From NCBI GenBank assembly GCA_050953065.1, contig JBMNLZ010000001.1, positions 128,001-192,000 of the forward strand: a stretch of 64,000 bases of DNA. The letters are read 5' to 3'. The position numbers were made by a program, and so were the translations under genes. Below, one piece after another: positions 21,351 to 31,332 of the stretch (positions within the stretch are counted from its first letter, which is position 1; each line of letters begins with the position of its first letter). The notes beneath the pieces were generated by a model that was not told the DNA's origin, did no database searches, and saw only the letters and a program-made list of their open reading frames with translations. Source of the stretch: Bacilli bacterium (GTDB taxonomy: Bacteria > Bacillota_I > Bacilli_A > ML615J-28 > CAG-698).

Positions 21351-22237
21351 AAGTAATAGTTATAACAGGTCCTACGGGAATTGGTAAAACTGAAATATCA
21401 ATTCAAGTAGCGAAAAGATTGAATGGCATTATTATAAATGCAGATGCATCTCAGTTTAAAAAAGATTTAAATATAGGGACTGCAAAAATAAACAAGGAAG
21501 AGCGATTAAAAGTTAAACATGAAATGTTAGATTTTCTAGATATAGATAAAAAATTCAGTATTTATAATTACCAAAAAAAGGTTCGCCCCTTAATTAAAGA
21601 ATGTTTTAAAAAACAAATTTTTCCAATTTTAGTTGGTGGTTCAGGATTGTATATAAAATCTACTCTTTTTGATTATAAATTAACTGCTGAATCTAGAGAT
21701 CATGATTTTGAAAAAAAATATTTAGGATTTTCTAATCAAGAATTGTATGATATCTTAACAAAACTAGATAAACTATCAAGTGAAAGAATTCATCCAAACA
21801 ATAGGCGAAGGGTACTAAGAGCACTAGAAATCTCTGAAGGCGAAAATAAACAAAATCAAAGAAAAAATGAACCTAAAATTTTGTATGAAACCATCTTCAT
21901 AAATTTAACTACCGATAGAGCAAATTTATATACAAGAATTAATCAAAGATTTGAAAAAATGATTTCGAATGGTTGGATAGAAGAAGTAAAAACATTAAAA
22001 GAAAAAAAAGTTAATTTTAATAATATAACAGAAATAGGTTACAAGGAGTTAAATGATTATTTAGACGGAAATTTAAATTATGATGATTGTGCAAACATTA
22101 TCAAACAAAAAACAAGGAATTATGCAAAAAGACAAATTACATGGATAAAAAATCAATTTGCTTGTGAAAACATTGAAGTAAATTATGATGATTTAGAAGA
22201 AACTGTTTTAAAGATTATTAATATTATAAAAAAATGA
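21347..22237 (+). CDS. miaA: tRNA dimethylallyltransferase
   Basis: GPTGIGKT, IGTAK, VGGSGLY and TRNYAKRQITW motifs. Confidence 0.96.
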   Translation: MKVIVITGPTGIGKTEISIQVAKRLNGIIINADASQFKKDLNIGTAKINKEERLKVKHEMLDFLDIDKKFSIYNYQKKVRPLIKECFKKQIFPILVGGSGLYIKSTLFDYKLTAESRDHDFEKKYLGFSNQELYDILTKLDKLSSERIHPNNRRRVLRALEISEGENKQNQRKNEPKILYETIFINLTTDRANLYTRINQRFEKMISNGWIEEVKTLKEKKVNFNNITEIGYKELNDYLDGNLNYDDCANIIKQKTRNYAKRQITWIKNQFACENIEVNYDDLEETVLKIINIIKK

Positions 22238-22253
22238 TAGAAAGTGTGTAAAA

Positions 22254-22775
22254 ATGCCAAGAATAGATATTATTAGTTATAAACATAACGGAGAACTCCA
22301 TAGAGTTTGGAAAAATGCTTTTAAGTTTTTTGAAGATGCTGAAAAAATTATTGTTTTAAATAATAAAGTAGAAGTTATAGATGGAGATGGTAGAAAATGG
22401 AAAACACGAGAACCAGCCATTTGCTTTTTTTATAAAAAACTATGGTTCAACGTTATTTGTATGATAAAAAATAATACTAATGAAATTTATTATTATTGCA
22501 ATTTAAGTTCACCTTTCGTTGAAGATATAGAGGGGGTAAAATATATAGACTATGATCTAGACGTAAAGCTTTATCCTAATGGTGATGTTGTTGTTCTTGA
22601 TCGTGATGAATATGAATTTAATATAGTTGATTTAAATTATCCTACAGAAATTTCAGAAATTATTGAAAAAACTTTAACAATAGTTTTAGAAAAAATCAAA
22701 AAAAAAGAGGAACCTTTTAATAATGAAAAAGTTCTAAAATGGTATGAAAAATATCAAAATGGAGTTAAATTATGA
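22254..22775 (+). CDS. DUF402 family (YgaC-like) nucleoside di/triphosphate phosphatase
   Basis: SYKHNGELHRVW, TREPAI, YYYCNLSSP and YIDYDLDVK motifs. Confidence 0.88.
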   Translation: MPRIDIISYKHNGELHRVWKNAFKFFEDAEKIIVLNNKVEVIDGDGRKWKTREPAICFFYKKLWFNVICMIKNNTNEIYYYCNLSSPFVEDIEGVKYIDYDLDVKLYPNGDVVVLDRDEYEFNIVDLNYPTEISEIIEKTLTIVLEKIKKKEEPFNNEKVLKWYEKYQNGVKL

Positions 22776-23881
22776 AAAGTGAAAAAATTTTAGAATTATC
22801 ACGACTAATTGTTAATTACTCAATTAAGATGAAAGAAAATGAAAATGTATTGATTAAAGCTGATATTGACAGTATCCCTTTAGTAAAAGCACTTATAAAA
22901 ACAATTCACTCAAATAAAGGAATCCCTTATGTTCAACTTAGAGATGAGGATATTATTAGAGAGCTTATGATAGATGCTAAAGAACAATACTTTGATAAAC
23001 TGTCATTATGGAATGAAACGATTAATAAAAGTATTGATTCATGCATTAGTATATATGCTGAAAAAAATGATAGTTATTTAGAAGATGTTTCAATAGAAAT
23101 TAAAAAAATGGCAGCTGTAAAATTAAGAAAATCTTCTGATATAATAATTGATCAAAAAAAATGGGTTTTGCTAAATTATCCAACATATGGACTTGCTCAA
23201 AAAGCTAATATGAGTTATGATAGATTTTTTAATTATCTTTTAGATGTTTGTACAGTTAATTATGAAGAAATGGAAAAAAACTTACAGCCACTAAAAGAAT
23301 TAATGGAAAAAACTGACAAAGTTAGAATTGTTGGTGATGAAACAGATTTAACTTTTTCCATTAAAGGAATTCCAGCCATTATTTGTGCAGGAACTGCAAA
23401 TCTACCAGATGGTGAGATATATACCGCTCCCATAAAAACTTCGGTTAATGGCACTATAAAATACAATACGACTAGTTCCTATCAAGGTGTAGTATTCAAA
23501 AACATAAAATTAAAATTTGAAAATGGAAAAATTATAGAAGCAACTGCCGACAATAATGTTGATAAATTAAATCAAATATTAGATACTGATGAAGGAGCTA
23601 GATATATCGGAGAATTTGCTTTAGGTGTAAATCCTTTAATTTTCCATCCAATGGGTGATATCTTATTTGATGAAAAAATAGCAGGCAGTCTACATTTTAC
23701 ACCAGGGCAATGTTATAAGGGTGAAGCAGAAAATGGAAATGATTCATCAATTCATTGGGATTTAGTTTTAATCCAACGACCTGAGTACGGTGGTGGTGAG
23801 ATATATTTTGATGAGGTTTTAATTAGAAAAAACGGTATATTTTTAGATGATAAATTAAAAAAATTAAACTTCAAGCAATAA
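22772..23881 (+). CDS. Aminopeptidase, M29 family (AmpS/PepS-like)
   Basis: NLPDGEIYTAP, GEFALG, LFDEKIAGSLH and SSIHWD motifs. Confidence 0.92.
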   Translation: MKSEKILELSRLIVNYSIKMKENENVLIKADIDSIPLVKALIKTIHSNKGIPYVQLRDEDIIRELMIDAKEQYFDKLSLWNETINKSIDSCISIYAEKNDSYLEDVSIEIKKMAAVKLRKSSDIIIDQKKWVLLNYPTYGLAQKANMSYDRFFNYLLDVCTVNYEEMEKNLQPLKELMEKTDKVRIVGDETDLTFSIKGIPAIICAGTANLPDGEIYTAPIKTSVNGTIKYNTTSSYQGVVFKNIKLKFENGKIIEATADNNVDKLNQILDTDEGARYIGEFALGVNPLIFHPMGDILFDEKIAGSLHFTPGQCYKGEAENGNDSSIHWDLVLIQRPEYGGGEIYFDEVLIRKNGIFLDDKLKKLNFKQ

Positions 23882-23891
23882 ATTGCTTGAA
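23870..23891. terminator. Hairpin at the aminopeptidase stop
   Basis: TTCAAGCAAT-AA-ATTGCTTGAA; overlaps a TTGAAT-N16-TATAAT promoter candidate. Confidence 0.5.
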
Positions 23892-23956
23892 TAAATACAT
23901 TTTTTGTGTATAATATGTTATGTAGATAAACAATTTAGAAATAGAGGTGTTGTTTT

Positions 23957-25327
23957 TTGGTCCCACTCACGATAATGATTAATGCAATAATATTAAATAG
24001 TTTGCTTGCTAATGTTCCTTTTTTTATTGCAATAATATTTTTATTAATTTTATCCGCATTCTTTTCCGCTAATGAAACAGCTTATTCTAGTGTTAATATC
24101 ATAAGAATAAAAAAATATCAAGAAGATAAAGTTAAAGGCGCTAATAAAGCGGTTTATATCGCTGAAAAATTTGATTTAACTTTGACTACAATTTTGGTTG
24201 CTAATAATATCGTAAATATTAGTGCTGCGACTATTTCTACTATTATATTTAGCAATTTAATAGTTAATCCAACTATTTCAAATATATTAAGTACTTTAGT
24301 CATGACTTTTATAGTACTTATTTTCGGAGAAATTTTACCTAAATCAACAACAAAATGGAATCCAGAAAAAGTAGTTTTAAGATACTCAGGAATTATGTAT
24401 TTTTTTATTAAATTCATGTTTCCAATAACATTTTTTTTCTTAAAATTAAGTAAAGTGTTATCATCTTCAAAAAAGAAACCAACTAATCCAATGGTTACTG
24501 AAAACGAACTAGAATCAATCATAGATGTTATGGAAACTGAAGGAGTGATTGATGAAGAGGATGCAGATTTAATTCAAAGTGCTATTTCATTAAATACTAG
24601 ATCTGTATATGATATTATGACACCAAGAGTTGATATGGTGGCTATAAATATCAAGGATCCAATCGAAAAAATAAAAGAAACTTTCTTTAAATATCAATTT
24701 TCAAGAGTTCCTGTTTACGAAAATGATAAAGATAATATAGTAGGAGTATTAAGCGAAAGAGAATTTTTTACATATTTATTGAAAAACAAACAAATAAAAT
24801 TGTCTGAGTTGCTTGTTTCTCCATTATTTGTTTTAGAAACTACCAAAGTAGATGACCTAATTCGTGAAATGCAAAAACAAAAGAAACATTTTGCTATAGT
24901 ACTTGATGAATATGGTGGTACTAGTGGTATTGTAACAATGGAAGATGCTTTAGAAGAACTTGTTGGTGAAATTTACGATGAATATGATGATGAAGAAGAT
25001 GGCGAAAAAATTACGGAGATTGAACCAAATAAATACTTAATCTCTAGTGAAACTTCATTAGAAGAAATATTTGAAGATTTGAAAGTTGGAAAGATTCCTG
25101 ATGCAAAATATACGAATGTAGGCGGATTTTTATATGAAATTTCTGATGAGGTTCCTTATGAGGGAAAAGTTATAAAATATATTTCTTCTTATGAAGAACA
25201 TGACATAGAAAACCCTGTATATAAAGAATATGAGCTTATTTTTACTATTTCCAAAGTTGATCATCGTAGAATTAGAACAATTTTATTAGAAGTAGTTGAG
25301 TTAAAAAAAGACGAATCAATAGAATAA
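23957..25327 (+). CDS. CNNM/CBS/CorC (hemolysin-family) transporter-like protein
   Basis: SAFFSANETA, IFGEILPK, IMTPRVDM, SRVPVY and DEYGGTSGIVTMEDALEELVGEI motifs. Confidence 0.92.
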   Translation: MVPLTIMINAIILNSLLANVPFFIAIIFLLILSAFFSANETAYSSVNIIRIKKYQEDKVKGANKAVYIAEKFDLTLTTILVANNIVNISAATISTIIFSNLIVNPTISNILSTLVMTFIVLIFGEILPKSTTKWNPEKVVLRYSGIMYFFIKFMFPITFFFLKLSKVLSSSKKKPTNPMVTENELESIIDVMETEGVIDEEDADLIQSAISLNTRSVYDIMTPRVDMVAINIKDPIEKIKETFFKYQFSRVPVYENDKDNIVGVLSEREFFTYLLKNKQIKLSELLVSPLFVLETTKVDDLIREMQKQKKHFAIVLDEYGGTSGIVTMEDALEELVGEIYDEYDDEEDGEKITEIEPNKYLISSETSLEEIFEDLKVGKIPDAKYTNVGGFLYEISDEVPYEGKVIKYISSYEEHDIENPVYKEYELIFTISKVDHRRIRTILLEVVELKKDESIE

Positions 25328-25331
25328 ATCA

Positions 25332-25364
25332 AAAGCACCTAGATTTAATCTAGGTGCTTTCTTT
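25332..25364 (+). terminator. Intrinsic terminator
   Basis: AAAGCACCTAGAT-TTA-ATCTAGGTGCTTT followed by CTTT. Confidence 0.85.
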
Positions 25365-25424
25365 AAGTAATAATAATTGTTTTTTTACTTTGATTATGGT
25401 AAAATATTTTAGGAATGGTGAAAA

Positions 25425-26144
25425 ATGGAACGATTACAAAAAGTTATTGCTCAAGCAGGGATTGCTTCGCGAAGAAAAGCAGAAGAATTAATAGCTTCTA
25501 ATCGAGTAAAAGTTAATGATGTAATAGTAAATACTATGGGATATAAAGTTTCAAAGACTGATGTTGTCAAAGTAGATGATATAGTTATTGAAAAACAAAC
25601 TTTGAAGTATTATGTTTTAAATAAACCTAGATATATTATTTCATCAACTACCGATGATAAAAACAGGGATACTATAATTTCGTTTCTACCAAAAGAATTA
25701 CAACAATATAATTTGTTTCCAGTAGGAAGGTTAGACTATGATACAAAAGGAGTTATTATCCTTACAAACGATGGTGAATTAGCAAATTTATTAATTGGAC
25801 CAACATCATTTGTTGAAAAAGAATATTTAGTTAGAGTAGATGGTATACCTAATAAAGAAACGCTAAGAAAACTTGCAACAGGAGTTAACATAGATGGTTA
25901 TACTACTAGAAAATGCAAAGTAAAAATAAATTCAATTGATAGCACAAATAATTCTAGTTTAATTAATATTGTTATAAGTGAGGGAAAATACCATCAAATC
26001 AAAAGAATGTTTGAATCTGTAGGACATAAAGTTAAAAGATTAAGTAGGATTAGATTTGGTTGTGTAAAAATCAATAATTTAAAAGAAGGCGAAGTAAGAG
26101 AATTAACTTTTCATGAAGTTAAGCAACTTTATTCATTAAAATAA
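25425..26144 (+). CDS. rluB: 23S rRNA pseudouridine synthase (RluB/RsuA family)
   Basis: S4 domain ERLQKVIA..SRRKAE; GRLDYDT catalytic motif; rluB-cmk synteny. Confidence 0.85.
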   Translation: MERLQKVIAQAGIASRRKAEELIASNRVKVNDVIVNTMGYKVSKTDVVKVDDIVIEKQTLKYYVLNKPRYIISSTTDDKNRDTIISFLPKELQQYNLFPVGRLDYDTKGVIILTNDGELANLLIGPTSFVEKEYLVRVDGIPNKETLRKLATGVNIDGYTTRKCKVKINSIDSTNNSSLINIVISEGKYHQIKRMFESVGHKVKRLSRIRFGCVKINNLKEGEVRELTFHEVKQLYSLK

Positions 26145-26173
26145 TAATAAATAATAAGTTAATCAAATTAATA

Positions 26174-26202
26174 TTGAAGTTTTTTTATATTTATGATATA
26201 AT
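26174..26202 (+). promoter_or_regulatory. SigA-type promoter for cmk-rpsA
   Basis: TTGAAG-N17-TATAAT with TGn. Confidence 0.7.
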
Positions 26203-26227
26203 TATAGAGTATTTTTGAGGTGATTAC

Positions 26228-28387
26228 ATGGGGTGGCAAATTGCAATCGATGGTCCAGCTAGTGCAGGTAAAAGTACCATTGCTAATGCATTGTCTAAAA
26301 AATTAAATTTCACATATTTAGATACAGGTGCTATGTATAGGGCTATTACGTTAAAAGCATTAAACGAAAAAATAGACCTATCAAACGAAAGCGAATATGC
26401 TTTTTTAGAAAACACAGACATATCTTTCAAAAAAGAAAAAATCTTTTTAGATGGTGTTGATGTTAGTGATGAAATCAGGTCGGTTGAAGTTACTGAAAAT
26501 GTTTCTTTAGTATCTACTTTCAAAACTGTAAGAACTAAACTTGTTGAAATGCAAAGAAAATTCGCATCAGATAACAATATAGTAATGGATGGTAGAGATA
26601 TTGGGACAGTGGTACTACCCAATGCAAATCTAAAAATATATTTAGATGCAACAGTTGAGGAAAGAGCCAATCGAAGAAGACTTGAACGTCTGAAAAAAAG
26701 CAATTTAGATATATCGTTAGAAAAAACAATCACCGAAATCACCGAAAGAGATTATAAAGATTCAAACAGAAAAATTAGCCCACTAAAACAAGCAGATGAT
26801 GCTATAAGAATAGATACAACTGATTTAGAGATTAATGAAGTTTTACAAAAGGTAATAGAATTAGCAATAGAAAGAGGTTTCAATATGGAAAATGAAAAAG
26901 ATTTATTAGAAAAAGAAGTTACAATCAAGGAAGAAGAGAAAGATAGTAAATCTTTAAACGAAGAAGATACTACACCATCTGAAAAAAGTTCAGTTCCAAC
27001 TAAATTAAAAAACTTACAACAAGTTGAAGGAATTGTAAAAGAAGTTACAAAAGCTAAACAAAAACCAAATGGAACTTTAACTGAAGAAAAAGTAATATTT
27101 GTTTTTGAAAATGGCCAAGAAGGTATTTTATCATTAAGTGACACTACACTAGAAGCTAACGAAAGCTTATTTGATTACTTTTTCGAAGATGAAAAATATA
27201 CAGTGGTTGTAAAAAGAACTTTACCAAATAATAAAGTATTAGTTTCAACTAAATTAGTTGAAAAACGTAAAGAACTTGCTAAATATGAAGAAAAAATAAA
27301 AAATCATGAAATAATTACTGCAAAAGTGGTAAAAATAATTCCTGAAGGACTACTTTTAAAGCATGATGATTTTTCATGCTTGCTACCTTCTTCCCAAATC
27401 GATTTAAAAGAAGAAGAGTTTGAAAAAATATTGAATGAAGAACTTGAAGTAGCTCCGATTCGTTTAGACTTTACAAGAATTCGTTTGATAGTTAGCCATA
27501 ATGTTGCAAAATCAATTAAATATAAAGCAAACAAAGAAGAATTCTTTAAAAACATCAAAGTTGGAGATGTTATTGAAGGGACTGTAAAAAGCATTAAAGA
27601 ATATGGTGCTTTTGTAGAACTTGAACCTGGAATTGAAGGATTATTACATATTTCAGAAGTTGCACATAATCGTGTTAATATAAATGATTGCTTAACTGTT
27701 GGTAATAAAGTAGAAGTACAAGTTATAAAAATTGAAAATAATCAAATAGGTCTTTCAAGGAAGTCCATTGTACCCGATATGTGGATAGAATTTAGTGAAA
27801 AAAATGATGTTGGTAATATATTAAATGTAACTGTTACTGAAATTAATAAATCAGGTGTTGTTGTAAATATAAATGATGAGTTATCAGGTTTTATTCCCAA
27901 AAGTGAATTCGCATGGGAAAAAGCAGTTTATATCAATGATTTAGTAAAAATAGGTGACAAGATTGATGCTAAAATTATTGAAATTGATTCTTCAAAAAGA
28001 CGTATAATACTGTCACGTAAACAATGTCAAGAAAATCCTTGGGAACTTCTAAAAATAAAGCAAAATGACACTGTAAAAGGCGTTATTGCTGTTGTGTTAA
28101 AAGATGGCATAAAAGTAAAAGTTGATGGTGTATTGGGATATGCTTCAAAAAGAAGTTTAGGCAATACTAATATGACTAATTATAAAGTAGGCGATGAAAT
28201 AGAATTAGTAGTTAGAGTATTTGATAAAAATGAAATGAAATTAATCCTAGCTTCTCAAAACCAAGGCGATTTCTTAACTAACACAAGCAAAGGTACAGAT
28301 AAAGAAATCTCAAAAGCTCTAAAAGAACAAAAGAAAATGCTGAATACTTTTGGAGATCTTGCTGATTTAAATAAATGGCAAAAATAA
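26228..28387 (+). CDS. cmk: Cytidylate kinase fused to S1-domain ribosomal protein (Cmk-RpsA)
   Basis: IAIDGPASAGKST, YLDTGAMYR and MDGRDIGT in aa 1-219; several S1 repeats follow (YGAFVEL..GIEGLLHISE). Confidence 0.92.
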   Translation: MGWQIAIDGPASAGKSTIANALSKKLNFTYLDTGAMYRAITLKALNEKIDLSNESEYAFLENTDISFKKEKIFLDGVDVSDEIRSVEVTENVSLVSTFKTVRTKLVEMQRKFASDNNIVMDGRDIGTVVLPNANLKIYLDATVEERANRRRLERLKKSNLDISLEKTITEITERDYKDSNRKISPLKQADDAIRIDTTDLEINEVLQKVIELAIERGFNMENEKDLLEKEVTIKEEEKDSKSLNEEDTTPSEKSSVPTKLKNLQQVEGIVKEVTKAKQKPNGTLTEEKVIFVFENGQEGILSLSDTTLEANESLFDYFFEDEKYTVVVKRTLPNNKVLVSTKLVEKRKELAKYEEKIKNHEIITAKVVKIIPEGLLLKHDDFSCLLPSSQIDLKEEEFEKILNEELEVAPIRLDFTRIRLIVSHNVAKSIKYKANKEEFFKNIKVGDVIEGTVKSIKEYGAFVELEPGIEGLLHISEVAHNRVNINDCLTVGNKVEVQVIKIENNQIGLSRKSIVPDMWIEFSEKNDVGNILNVTVTEINKSGVVVNINDELSGFIPKSEFAWEKAVYINDLVKIGDKIDAKIIEIDSSKRRIILSRKQCQENPWELLKIKQNDTVKGVIAVVLKDGIKVKVDGVLGYASKRSLGNTNMTNYKVGDEIELVVRVFDKNEMKLILASQNQGDFLTNTSKGTDKEISKALKEQKKMLNTFGDLADLNKWQK

Positions 28388-28399
28388 ATAGGTGAAAGA

Positions 28400-29707
28400 A
28401 TGAATGAAGTTGTAGCGATTGTAGGTAGGCCTAATGTTGGTAAATCTAGTTTATTTAATAGAATAATAGGAGAAAGAAAATCTATTACTGATGATGCTAG
28501 TGGTGTGACCAGAGATCGAATATATGCTAGAACTTCGTGGCTAGATCAAAAATTTTCGATTATTGATACAGGGGGGATCATCTTAAAAGATGAACCCTTT
28601 TCAAAAGAAATTAGAATGCAAGCTGAATTAGCAATTGCAGAAGCCGATTTAATTATAATGATAGTAGATGTAAGAGTAGGAATTATTCAAGAAGATATAG
28701 ATGTCGCTAATATATTAAGAAAATCAAACAAACCTATAATTTTAGCTGTTAATAAAGTCGATGATAATAGTTTCAAAGACCAAATTTATGATTTTTATAG
28801 TTTAGGCATTGAAAACTTAGTTCCAATTAGTTCTTTACACGGTATAGGTATAGGCGATTTGTTGGATTTGGTTATAAAATTGTTACCTAAAAAAAGTGTC
28901 ATAGAGCAAGATCCTCAAAAAATATATTTTTCAATTGTAGGTCAACCTAATGTTGGAAAATCTACCTTACTTAATTCATTAGCAGGGGAGAATAGAGTAA
29001 TTGTCAGTCCGACACCTAATACAACAAGAGATGCTATAGACATTGAATTTGAAAAAAATGGTACACACTTTGTAGCTATTGATACTGCTGGTATTAGAAA
29101 ACAAAATAAAGTTTTTGAAAGAGCAGAAAAGTATAGTATTTTACGAGCAATTACTGCCATTGAAAAAAGTGATATTGTTCTATTAGTTCTAGATGGAACT
29201 GAAGAAATCAATGAGCAAGATAAAAGAATAGTTGGCTATGCACTTGATTATAACAGAGCATTAATTATAGTAGTAAACAAATGGGACGCAGTTGAAAAAG
29301 ATAGTAAAAGTATGAATAATATAGCAAATATAATCAAAACACAATTCCAATTTTTGGAATATGTTCCAATTATTTTTATTAGTGCTCTTAATAATAAACG
29401 TATTCATATTCTAACCGATGCTATTAAAAATGTTTATGAAAATTATACTAGATTTGTTCAAACAAATGTATTAAATGATATTATTACGGATGCTTGTCTA
29501 TTAAATCAGCCACCTATCTTTAATGGCAATAGGTTAAAAGTATCGTATGCTACACAAAGCGATATAAAACCTCCGACTTTTGTGTTATTTGTAAACGATG
29601 AAAAACATATGCATTTTTCATATTTAAGATATCTTGAAAATAAAATTAGAGAAAATTTTAATTTTGAAGGAAGTCCAATAAAAATAATTTTAAGGAAGAA
29701 AGAATAA
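28400..29707 (+). CDS. der: Ribosome biogenesis GTPase Der/EngA
   Basis: Two GTPase domains (GRPNVGKS, GQPNVGKS, DTAG, NKWD) and a KH-like C-terminus. Confidence 0.97.
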   Translation: MNEVVAIVGRPNVGKSSLFNRIIGERKSITDDASGVTRDRIYARTSWLDQKFSIIDTGGIILKDEPFSKEIRMQAELAIAEADLIIMIVDVRVGIIQEDIDVANILRKSNKPIILAVNKVDDNSFKDQIYDFYSLGIENLVPISSLHGIGIGDLLDLVIKLLPKKSVIEQDPQKIYFSIVGQPNVGKSTLLNSLAGENRVIVSPTPNTTRDAIDIEFEKNGTHFVAIDTAGIRKQNKVFERAEKYSILRAITAIEKSDIVLLVLDGTEEINEQDKRIVGYALDYNRALIIVVNKWDAVEKDSKSMNNIANIIKTQFQFLEYVPIIFISALNNKRIHILTDAIKNVYENYTRFVQTNVLNDIITDACLLNQPPIFNGNRLKVSYATQSDIKPPTFVLFVNDEKHMHFSYLRYLENKIRENFNFEGSPIKIILRKKE

Positions 29708-30711
29708 TGAAATATAATGTATCTATCATTGGAGCTGGTAGTTGGGGATCAGCCCAGTCAAGAATATTAGCAGATAATGGTCATAATGTTTTATTGTTTG
29801 ATGTTGATCTTGATACAGTTTTAGAGATTAACACTAAACATACAAATATTTCAAAACTAAATGATGCAAAAATTCCTGAATCTGTAAAAGCAACTTCATC
29901 GATAGAAGAAGCAATTAATTTTTCTGATATTATAGTTTTAGTAGTCCCAACTGCTGTTATGAGAAAATGTTTAATTAGCATTTCTGAAGTAATAAAATCT
30001 CCTAAACTATTTGTAAATGCTAGCAAAGGAATTGAACCCAACACTTTCAAAAGAGTTAGTGAAATAGTTTATGAAGAAATTGATATAAAGTATATTAAAG
30101 GTTTTGTAGCTTTAACTGGACCAAGTCATGCAGAAGAAGTAATTTTAAAATTACCTACAGCAATTTGCGCTGCAAGTGAAAGTTTAGAAAATGCACAACT
30201 TATTCAAAAAATATACAGCAACAATTCTTATTTTAGAGTTTATACTCTGCTTGATTTAATAGGTGCAGAACTAGGTGGCTCACTTAAAAATATAATAGCT
30301 ATTGCTTCTGGAATGATAACTGGTCTTGGCTATGGAGATAATGCAAAAGCTGCTTTGATAACTAGAGGTTTGACTGAAATGATTAAAATATCAACAGCAT
30401 TAGGTGCAAAAAAAGAAACATTATATGGATTAAGTGGTCTAGGTGATTTGTTTGTAACAACAATGAGCGAGCATAGTAGAAATTTTCAAGCTGGTAAAAA
30501 AATTGCACAAGGTAAGAATTTAAAACAATCATTAAGTGAAATGACTATGGTTGTAGAAGGCGCACGAAGTGCAATGGCAGCTTATCAATTAGTGAAAGAA
30601 AAAAATATAGATGCACCAATAATTGAAGCAATCTATGATGTATTATACAATTTTAAAGATCCCAAAATAGCAATGAGCGATTTAATGAATAGAAAATTAA
30701 AAGCAGAATAA
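29707..30711 (+). CDS. gpsA: NAD(P)H-dependent glycerol-3-phosphate dehydrogenase
   Basis: GAGSWG, SKGIE, GPSHAEEV, LKNIIAI, GLGDL and SRN motifs. Confidence 0.96.
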   Translation: MKYNVSIIGAGSWGSAQSRILADNGHNVLLFDVDLDTVLEINTKHTNISKLNDAKIPESVKATSSIEEAINFSDIIVLVVPTAVMRKCLISISEVIKSPKLFVNASKGIEPNTFKRVSEIVYEEIDIKYIKGFVALTGPSHAEEVILKLPTAICAASESLENAQLIQKIYSNNSYFRVYTLLDLIGAELGGSLKNIIAIASGMITGLGYGDNAKAALITRGLTEMIKISTALGAKKETLYGLSGLGDLFVTTMSEHSRNFQAGKKIAQGKNLKQSLSEMTMVVEGARSAMAAYQLVKEKNIDAPIIEAIYDVLYNFKDPKIAMSDLMNRKLKAE

Positions 30712-30738
30712 AAGAAGGTTATTTTAACCTTCTTTTTT
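30710..30738. terminator. Bidirectional terminator between gpsA and recU
   Basis: AAAAGAAGGTT-ATTTT-AACCTTCTTTT between convergent stop codons. Confidence 0.8.
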
Positions 30739-31299
30739 GTTGAAATACAAATAATCTATAGTTTTTAAATAATTAATCATTGGAGTATAACCAGTTTCTA
30801 CTTTTTCTCCAACTTTAGATATTTTAGTAAGACTAATACTTTTACATCCTGAATCAATTAAATTCATAAGAGAAGTGATATCTAGTATAAAAACTTCATT
30901 TACTGTCTTAAAATAAATAATTAAAAAAGCAATTCCTCCCATTTGGTGTACATTTATTAAATGTTTTATTTGATGTTCAGAAATATTTTTAAATGGAAAT
31001 AAGTTAGAATTTGTTTCTTTTGCTTCAAAATCAATATATTTTCCTTTATAGATACCATTATAATCAGTAGTAGAAGCTGTTCTATAATAAGCCTCAGTAA
31101 TCTTAGCGCGTTCTCTTTTTGGATATTCAACTTTAACAACTTGAATAGGCGTAGGTTTTTTATGAATATTAGCTATGTTATTAATTAAGTAATATTCATT
31201 TGACAAGTTAATTTGATTTTCAAAAAGCATTCCTAAGGACCTAATTTTTGTTGGGTTGACAATATTTTTTTTAGTACTATTTGCATAATTTATTTTCAT
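30724..31299 (-). CDS. recU: Holliday junction resolvase RecU
   Basis: HKKPTPIQVVKV, STTDYNGIYKG, DFEAKET and HQI motifs. Confidence 0.96.
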   Translation of the reverse strand: MKINYANSTKKNIVNPTKIRSLGMLFENQINLSNEYYLINNIANIHKKPTPIQVVKVEYPKRERAKITEAYYRTASTTDYNGIYKGKYIDFEAKETNSNLFPFKNISEHQIKHLINVHQMGGIAFLIIYFKTVNEVFILDITSLMNLIDSGCKSISLTKISKVGEKVETGYTPMINYLKTIDYLYFNKKEG

Positions 31300-31332
31300 C
31301 GTTCACCTCGTTAATATATTAGCAACATAGTA

